DNA of 63,887 nt, filler included, from Olpidium bornovanus S191 (lineage: Eukaryota; Fungi; Olpidiomycota), in NCBI GenBank assembly GCA_017911155.1. It is 28 parts of 28 records of this genome, joined end to end, with 100 filler letters (N's around TTAATTAATTAA, not from the genome) between each part and the next. Parts side by side here need not be neighbours in the genome. Positions count along the whole stretch, not along the records: positions 55,217 to 56,872 come from JAEFCI010010509.1; positions 56,973 to 61,520 come from JAEFCI010011901.1; positions 61,621 to 63,887 come from JAEFCI010007004.1; 25 more parts are not named here. One strand, given 5' to 3'. The notes under the pieces were generated by a model that was given only the letters and a program-made list of their open reading frames with translations, was not told where the DNA came from and did no database searches. Each line of letters starts with the position of its first letter. Position 1 is the first letter of the stretch. The position numbers were made by a program, and so were the translations under genes. Below are positions 56,674 through 63,887 of the stretch, piece after piece.

Positions 56674-58854
56674 GACCCGCGTCGTGTGGGTCCCGGGGAT
56701 TGTTGTTGGGGTTTTTTTGGTTTTCTTTTTTCCTCTCTTTTCAAAAAGGCCCGCTGACGCTGGAGCGGCCGCCCCGCTCGCCGCCCATCCCCCCTCCCCC
56801 CCCCCCCCCCCCTCGGGGCCCGCGGCCGGGATTTTGCAAGCGTCGGCTTTTTAGTATTTCCCCCCAAGTGAANNNNNNNNNNNNNNNNNNNNNNNNNNNN
56901 NNNNNNNNNNNNNNNNTTAATTAATTAANNNNNNNNNNNNNNNNNNNNNNNNNNNNNNNNNNNNNNNNNNNNCATGAATCAGAACACGCGGGCAACAGTT
57001 TGTCGGAGCCGGCCGCCAAGCGGAAGCACTTTCCCGTATCTGGCTTTGGGGAACCGGCCTGTATTCCGCCCGGCCACGTCTGCGTTCGATCGAAGATGAT
57101 GAACAAGACGATATCACTTCATCACAGAGCACAGAGCCAGGGGCTTCCTGCGGGGTGCACGCCTCATTCTCTTGGCGAACTCTGCGGATAGTCACTTCAA
57201 GGGCTTGATAAAAAAGCGGACGACTTTCGGGGGGGGGGGGGGGAAGGGGCGGGGGGGCCGCCGTTCTCTAGTTTGGGTGACGGCCCGCGGGGGGTGGGGT
57301 GGGAAGGGCCGGCGGGGCCGCCCCGGAGCAGCGAGCCATCGGCCCCCCTACCCCCACCCCCATATCGTGCCGGGTGTGAACTCTACACCCGGGACCCTTC
57401 ACCCAGGGTTTTGTGCAGGACCGGCGAAAAGAAAACGTTTTGAATTTCTCCCGAACCTCGCCCTGCCAGGTGCGCGTGGGTCTAAAAAAAAAAAACTAAA
57501 ATATGCGAGTTTTTATCAAAAGAAACCGAACTTTTTGATGGTTTGGTTGAGTCCGGCAAAGGCGCAGTGTAACGCATCACCCCCGATCACCTTACTTTTT
57601 TGCGCGCGCGCGTATGTGTGAGAGTGAGCGAGAGCGAGAGTGCGAGTGCGGGTGCGAGTGTGACCGTGGTCGTGTTGCGTGTGGGGCCGGAAGCCGTACA
57701 CTCTTTCCCCAACGCCATGGCGGCAAACTTTTATTGTTCTCTTTTTTGGGTACACGATTGCCTCCTCCCTGTTCACGTTATCCCCCGCCCGAGGGACGCC
57801 CCGGCAATGCGTCCCCGCAAGAGAAGATACAGAGCACAAGGAAGATTCCACGAAAGAATCGAACGAAAAACGGAAGTTTCACGAAGGAGATAAATTCACC
57901 TGCATGAAGCATCGGTATGCATACGTTTACAGGAGACCGCATGCCCACGGGTTTAGGGGGGGGTGGGCGGGTGGGGGTGCCCCAAGGGCAAACATCGCCT
58001 CCACGAAAAGCCGGCGTTTGCCCTCGTAGTCTTCCCGCCTCCGGGGGGGCGTCCCCCACGAAGATGGCCGGACGGCGCTCAGCAGCCTCCCGCGTCCGGC
58101 GGGGCGCCGCCCGCGAAACCGCCGTGCGCACCTCCGAGACGACCTCCGTCCTCCGGCCATCAGGAGACGTCGGCCCCCGAGGTGCAGCTCGCCGCGAGCG
58201 CCTGGCGGCCATAGGCCGGGCCGTCGATGGCACCATAATTGGCAAAAGAGACGTGGGTCTCCGTAGCAGTTCTTAAACGAGAGAATTAAAACAAATTTAA
58301 GGGAAAAAAAAGTAAGGAAAATAAAAATAACGGGAAAAAAAAATGAAAGAATCAAAAGAAAAAAGGATAAAAAAAAGAAATAAAGAAAAAATAACAATAA
58401 AAAAATATAAAAAAAGTGGTGGGAGAAAAACAAGAGCGGCGCGGGTCTGGGCGAGCCGCGATGGAAAGGAGGGGAACCGCCCCTTCGCGGCAAAAAAAAA
58501 ACCCCCCGGCCGCCAAGAGCGACGAATGCGAAGACAGCTCGTTTACCCGACACCGGGATCAGACCAAGGACCTCGAACTGACGATGTAACTCGCGGCATG
58601 GAACAGGCTGACAGAACGTGCCCGGCGTTGGCGGGCAACCCCGTTTCCCACGCGATCTCCCGTCATGCAGTTTAAATTTCCTCCGTCGGCGACCACGCGC
58701 GTCGCGGTTGAGAGAGTGACGAATCGCGGTTTTTGCGCGCCGGCACGTGACCTCGCGTGACTCCTTTGATTCCCAAATACCCCGCTCCGCCCGCTTTTCC
58801 GATTCCGGGGGGGGGGGGGCCCCCCCCCAAAAAAAAACAAACGTCGCCAAAAAA

Positions 58855-59646
58855 ATGCCACAGCGGGCGCTGTTTTCGGGCTCTCTCGCGCTGCGCGCCG
58901 CTTCGGCGCGCGGCAGCCTGTCGACGACGTGCGCCGTCCGCGGCGTTTCCGCCGCCGCCGCCGCCTCGACGCGCCGGCCGATCTCGAGTCTCCCCGCCGG
59001 GCGCGCGCGCCGCAGCCCTGCCTCCGGGCTTGCGACGGTCGTCGGCCCGGTCCGCCGCGTCTGGGCAGCGCCGGCGAGAAACTCCGGCGCCGAGCGGTCG
59101 TCGTCTTCGTCATCGTCGTCGTCGTCGTCGTCGCCGTCTTCGTCGTCTTCGGCGTCGTCGTCGGAAGAAAAAGAACCCCCTTCGAACTCCCAGTCGACAG
59201 TCCGCTCTCTTTTCGCGCTGTACGGCCTGCTGTCGATCGTGGTCTACCTGGCTGTCTCGGTGACGAACATCGCGATCTGGACGTGGGTGATCAGCTGCAC
59301 CGGCGAGCGGTACCGGGAGCCGCTGGAGAGGTGGACGCGCTGGTTCCTCCCGCCCGCCGAGCTGGCGGCCGGTCGCGCCGTCGCCGCGGCGGAAGGCGGA
59401 GAAGACGCGGAAGAAGCGGGGACCTCCGCGGGGCCCGAGGCGCCGGCGCCGGCGGAGGGACCGGCGGACCAGTCCGACCTCCACCCGCTGTGGCCCGCCT
59501 TCCTGCTCGCCGTCGGGGTTAACAAGTTGTTGTTGCCCGTCCGCCTGACCGTCACCGCGCTGCTGACCCGCTCCGCCGCCGAGTGGCTGAAAAGGTGGCG
59601 GTGGGCGGCCGGTCTGACCGCGTCGCGTGTCAAGGCGGCGCCTTAG
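58855..59646 (+). CDS. FAM210/DUF1279-like mitochondrial membrane protein, intronless
   Basis: A presequence-like Arg/Ser/Ala-rich N-terminus precedes VRSLFALYGLLSIVVYLAVSV and FLLAVGVNKLLLPVRLTVTALLT, matching the DUF1279 pattern (KxLxxxYG...VYL...LAYAxHKxxxPVRxxxT). Confidence 0.75.
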   Translation: MPQRALFSGSLALRAASARGSLSTTCAVRGVSAAAAASTRRPISSLPAGRARRSPASGLATVVGPVRRVWAAPARNSGAERSSSSSSSSSSSSPSSSSSASSSEEKEPPSNSQSTVRSLFALYGLLSIVVYLAVSVTNIAIWTWVISCTGERYREPLERWTRWFLPPAELAAGRAVAAAEGGEDAEEAGTSAGPEAPAPAEGPADQSDLHPLWPAFLLAVGVNKLLLPVRLTVTALLTRSAAEWLKRWRWAAGLTASRVKAAP

Positions 59647-60911
59647 GATTTCTCGGGCGAAGACGGTGGGGGGACGGAGCGGAGGAGGGGCGGTGTGAAG
59701 GACGCCGGGGTCTCCTGTCTTCATCGCCTGGTTTCTCCCCGGATGACGAAACCGCACAGAGCGTTTACAGTATCAGGAGAACAAAAAAAAAAACAACAAA
59801 AAAGCAAAATCGAACGGTTGCCGAAAGAATACCGAAACCTCCTCCCCGTAGGGAGTTTTGTCCCGGTTCTCCAAGCACACTGAAAGTAATTGCTTTGGGG
59901 CCGCAGGCGTCGGTATTTCTGGACCGGACGAGCGGGACGTGGGGGGCGTAAATGGTCGGGGAGGACGCTGCTTTGCTGGCGGCTGGTGGGTTCGGTGTGT
60001 GCCTCCCCAGATATCGAACTTTCCCGAACGGGGCGCGGAGGAAGGGGGAGGAAACACGGGCCTCGTTTCGGGCGGCAGGCGGCGTTCCAGCGCGGCCCGT
60101 GAAAAGAGGGGATCCCGGGCGAGTCTCCGCCCGCGACGGCGGGAAGAGAGGGCTGGGGGTGGATATAGGAGCACGCGGGATGCCCGCTCGGTCGGCGTTT
60201 TAACTAACGCGGCCTCTCGTCGGAGGCGTGTTTGTCGGTAGTCGGCGCGGCCAGACCGGACAAACCGGGAAAGCACGCCTGTTATGGTCGCCGGTCAGAG
60301 TCCACGGTGGTTGGCTGGGTGAATCCTTGGCAGATTGACCCCAGCTGCCCTGTCGGTCCCCGAATGGCTCCTCTCGGAACGTCAACTGTCTAATGGGGGC
60401 AAATGTCCGAGGGGGAAAGGTCCACAGATGCTCCTCCGGCGGTTCTGTAAAAATCTTGATAGTCACCTGACAAACAACCCCATCCCACGCCCAACGGTCC
60501 ATCCCGATAGCCTCGCCGTCGACGCGCGCTCCGATCCCTCGATCGGCGAGCTCGCACGGAGCTCCCGCCGAGAACTGTCCTCAGCCCAAAACAGACCAGA
60601 AGCAGACGGCGGAAGAGCGGCTTCTTCACGGGGGGCTTTGGCAGAAAAGGGCCTCCTTCGACTCTGCTTCTCGCCTCGCCCCCCGAGCTAAGCGTCTGCC
60701 GCCTTCCGGACCTGGTTCTGGTTGCGTGAGTTCCAAGGGGGGGGGAAACGCTGTTAGAAATAAAGAACCGAGCTACCGAAGCACTGCGCGCACCCGCCCG
60801 GAGATTTTCGTTCTATGTAAAACCCGGCAGATCCGCGGAATACAGAAGAGCTCTTTGAGCTCCTCTCAAAACCTCATATTCTACAAACGCTCGGTTGCGA
60901 CGGGACTTGCT

Positions 60912-60948
<37 letters not shown>

Positions 60949-61077
60949 CCCCCTCCTCGTGTGAACGAAACTCTTTTTCCTCTCCTTTTTCCGCCTTTTC
61001 GCTTTGCGTCCGCACCCGCAACAAACCCCGCCGCCCTCGCCGCCGCCGCCCCCCCACCCCGCCCCCTCTTCATCATC

Positions 61078-61520
61078 ATGCAGCCCGAGGCCGTGACGGC
61101 GGCCGGCCGCTCCTCCGCCGCGGAGAACCCGCGCAAGCGCGGCCGCGCCGGAAACCCCGTTGCCTTAGATAACGGCAAGAGGAAGAGGCACCGGCCCGGC
61201 GGCGCGGACGGCGGGCCCGACCTCGCCAGGACGCCCCTCGCCGCCCTGCGGAAGAAGCTGCGCGACTCGCAGAGGGCTCTGAGGCGCGGCGTGCGTTTTC
61301 TGCGCGAACTGTTCGATTGCCGCCCTCATTTCCCCCCCCCCCCCCCCCTCTCTCGTTGTCTCGCTCTCTCTCTCTCTCTCTCTCCGGCCCCCGTGGCAAG
61401 CTCCGCTGGGCGGCTGGCGAAAAACACCTCTTCCCCCGCCCCCTTCCCCCCCGCGGCCCGGGCGGACCCAGCATCCCTCGCTGAGGAAGAGACAATCAGA
61501 CGCTTACGGGAAGTTCCCCC
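61078..61520 (+). CDS. Possible rRNA-processing protein Efg1, 5' fragment
   Basis: A basic N-terminus and LAALRKKLRDSQRALRR...SLAEEETIRRLRE resemble the Efg1 motif KLKKKIRDIERLL...RxExERxL. Similarity is weak and the fragment is short. Confidence 0.4.
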
Positions 61521-62263
61521 NNNNNNNNNNNNNNNNNNNNNNNNNNNNNNNNNNNNNNNNNNNNTTAATTAATTAANNNNNNNNNNNNNNNNNNNNNNNN
61601 NNNNNNNNNNNNNNNNNNNNAGGGGGTGAAACCCGGTAAGCGCAGTGCTCTATCTTCCCCTGAGCCCCTTTGGTTTCAAGCTGCGTTCTGACAGAGGGGA
61701 AGGGGGCAAGCCAGGAACGACGAGGACTGACAGGCGCATGCGCTTGTAAATCAAAATGTACCTCCCTTCCAAATTCTGCTTCGGAAACCGGAAAGGTTGA
61801 TACGAGAGTCAGGGTTAAAAGATGGGAAATCCCGATCCCTTTTGGGTACGTTTGTGGCTTCTAAAGCGAAGCTTCATCGTGTCTCGTCCTCAAACTTAAT
61901 AACAGCCGCGGGTCTGAAAACGAGAGATGCACCTATTTAGCACGTGCCGTACCGAATGATAAGTGGCAAAGGGAAGGAAAGAACAGGGAAAAGTTGATTA
62001 TAACCACGTAGAGCTGAAACTGACGGCGAGAGAAATGACCGGCGGCGAAAAGGAGGGGGGAGGGTGGTTGGGTGGAAAAGGCAGACTAAGCAACGAGAAA
62101 GGAAAGGTAAATTGAGATGTTTTGGTACAAACACAAAGACGCAAGGCGGACAATGCTAATGTGGGTGGGAAAACGTGGAGTGATGTAGGAATTCCGGTTC
62201 CGCGTTCCATTAGGATAGCGGGCCTGGGTAAGTAGTTGCCCTGTCAATAAAACAAATCTGATT

Positions 62264-63849
62264 CTACCCGCCGGGGATCCCGAAGGGCGAAGGAGTCTGG
62301 GAGACAAACGGTAAAGGTCCGGCGCCGGCGGCGGTTGGCTGCTGGAAGGCGCCTGCGCCCCCGAATGGCTGCTGCGTACCTTGATGTTCGTGGTGGCCGA
62401 AGAAGCCGGAATGGGGGGAAGGTTGGCCGCCCGAAGACTGCATCCCGAATGGTACTCCGGTTACGCCAGCCCCGCCGGCCATCATTGTGCCCACCGGCCG
62501 CGACGACGGCAAAGCCGAGCCGCTGCCGACGGCGGCGAGCTCGGCGAGCGAGCGCGGCGGTTGCGGTTTGGCCGCACCACCGCCGGAAGGTGACGTGGTC
62601 AAGTCATATTGCCCCGGCGTGCTCTTCGAAGCAAACGAGAACGGGTTTTTGCTTGGTTGATGGAAAGAGGACGAGTTGGGCATTAGAGAGTCCAGGTTGA
62701 CGAGGCCGCTGTTAGCACTGCCTCCCGGCCCGGAGGGTAAATTCGCCTGACGCTGTGCGGTCGCGGCTCCGATTTTCGGCTTTCCGGTAAAAAGGTAACA
62801 AGCAAACGTCGTCATTTAATCCATCTGACAAGCTCGGACAGGGGCATGATCAACGTGGGCGGATGGACTTACCTGCTCGGTGGACGCCATCACGTTTGCG
62901 GTGCTGAACTCCAACGAGCCGAAGGGATTGGCAGCACGGGAAGCGCCGGATCCTCCGCCGAAAGCGTCCCGGCCACCAGCTACGCTGGCGAACGGGTCGA
63001 TTTGCGCGTTGCTCCTGGTGAGGTTCGGGATGCCGGAACCGCCCCCGACGCCGACCTCACCGGTAAAGTGCGACGCCGCGCCGTAGCCCGCTGACGACTC
63101 AAAGCCAGACGTGGAGCCGGTGTTCTGGATAGGGACACCTCCGAAGGCGCTTCCGAACGGGTTAGTTGCATGATTGGTCAGCGGCGGGTGATTCATGGAA
63201 TTTCCAAACGTGCTGCCGCCGGCATCGAACGCCTGCTGCTGGGGCATTTGCAGCTGGTACTGGCTGAATCCTCCCTGGTCCATCACCCCGCCAAGTTCAA
63301 GCCCAATCAGATCGGCGCTTCCACCGGTACGTTGCTGAATTCCCCGAGACCCGTCCAGGGACTCGAAGGGGTCGTAAGTAGCCGAGCACTCGGTCCCACC
63401 GAAAAGGCTGCCAACAAACAATCGAACAGAAGTGCGAAGCCAGGCAAGGAGTTATGAGTTAAAAGATTTTTCAACCGCCCCAGTCAGCGATGCTCCGGCC
63501 TCAAGTAAAGACCCTACGCCCCCTTCAGCCTCTCTCTTCTCCCGATCAATCTTCTCGCGCTCGCTCAGCTCTATCGCTGCCCTGAGATCCTCCTCGCTAA
63601 CGCGGTTCATCATCCGCTCGTGCTCCTTCGCCGTCCTCTTGCTCTCCTCGATGGCCCTTTGCAGGTCGCGATCCTCCTCTGAAGACATTCCGTTGCTGAC
63701 GGCCTCGCCGCTGTAATCGTCGCGGCGCGGCGCATAATCCGAAATGCCGCCGGCCATGCGGTCCAGCATGGCGTTCCTTGCCCTCCGCTCCTGTTGAAGC
63801 CGCTCGTTATCAGAGAGAAGAGCAGTGATATCCTTCGCCTTCTGCCGCA
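62264..63849 (-). CDS. Epsin (Ent1/Ent2 type): ENTH end, two UIMs and NPF motifs; 5' truncated
   Basis: VRQKAKDITALLSDNERLQQER (ENTH C-terminal helix), UIMs EEDRDLQRAIEESKR and SEEDLRAAIELSERE, three NPF motifs (TNPF, ANPF, KNPF) and a DPF motif. Confidence 0.9.
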
Positions 63850-63887
63850 CTGACAATCATTCCGACAATCGAGCGTCAGCTCTCGCG

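Larger units (their letters stand above)
1112..61620. other. 27 artificial 100-bp contig linkers (N44-TTAATTAATTAA-N44)
   Basis: Identical spacers start at 1112, 2563, 5191, 6597, 11074, 12318, 13450, 15282, 17684, 18959, 20507, 22193, 23837, 26086, 27530, 29070, 33842, 37296, 39257, 42717, 44490, 47176, 48712, 52894, 55117, 56873 and 61521. The 12-mer puts stops in all six frames, and genes are cut off at the linkers. Confidence 0.99.

Overview
This is not one contiguous locus. It is 28 short eukaryotic contigs (about 1.0-4.7 kb) joined by 27 identical artificial 100-bp linkers (44 N + TTAATTAATTAA + 44 N, a six-frame stop spacer), so neighbourhood across linkers means nothing. The DNA has GC-rich exons, short GT-AG introns and very long homopolymer and microsatellite tracts. 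Recognisable, mostly partial, genes are INTS3-like, a TRIC/TMEM38-like channel, SPO7, an MCFD2-like EF-hand protein, an LRRC58-like C-terminus, NOP14, MOB1, RPB2, IFT54/TRAF3IP1, a HAL-family kinase, a PROSER3-like protein, a triple-UBM protein, MOK/LF4 kinase, RBM25/SNU71, DUF3605, MDJ1, a Sec63-domain terminal exon, TIM17, an ODF3/SHIPPO-repeat protein, FAM210/DUF1279, EFG1-like and epsin. There are also decayed pogo, Tc1, Ty1/copia and possible gypsy relics. Fungal-type genes together with flagellar genes point to a zoosporic early-diverging fungus. The style recalls the fragmented Olpidium assembly, but that is an unverified inference. All family calls come from recalled motifs, not database searches. 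I found no rRNA, tRNA or CRISPR and no convincing novel multi-gene system. The best leads are animal-type genes retained in a fungus (INTS3, TRIC, LRRC58-like, PROSER3-like, MCFD2-like), 3' splice sites preceded by A-tracts instead of pyrimidine tracts, a ~90-bp-period repeat array, CpG-depleted transposon relics and a possible GIY-YIG relic.
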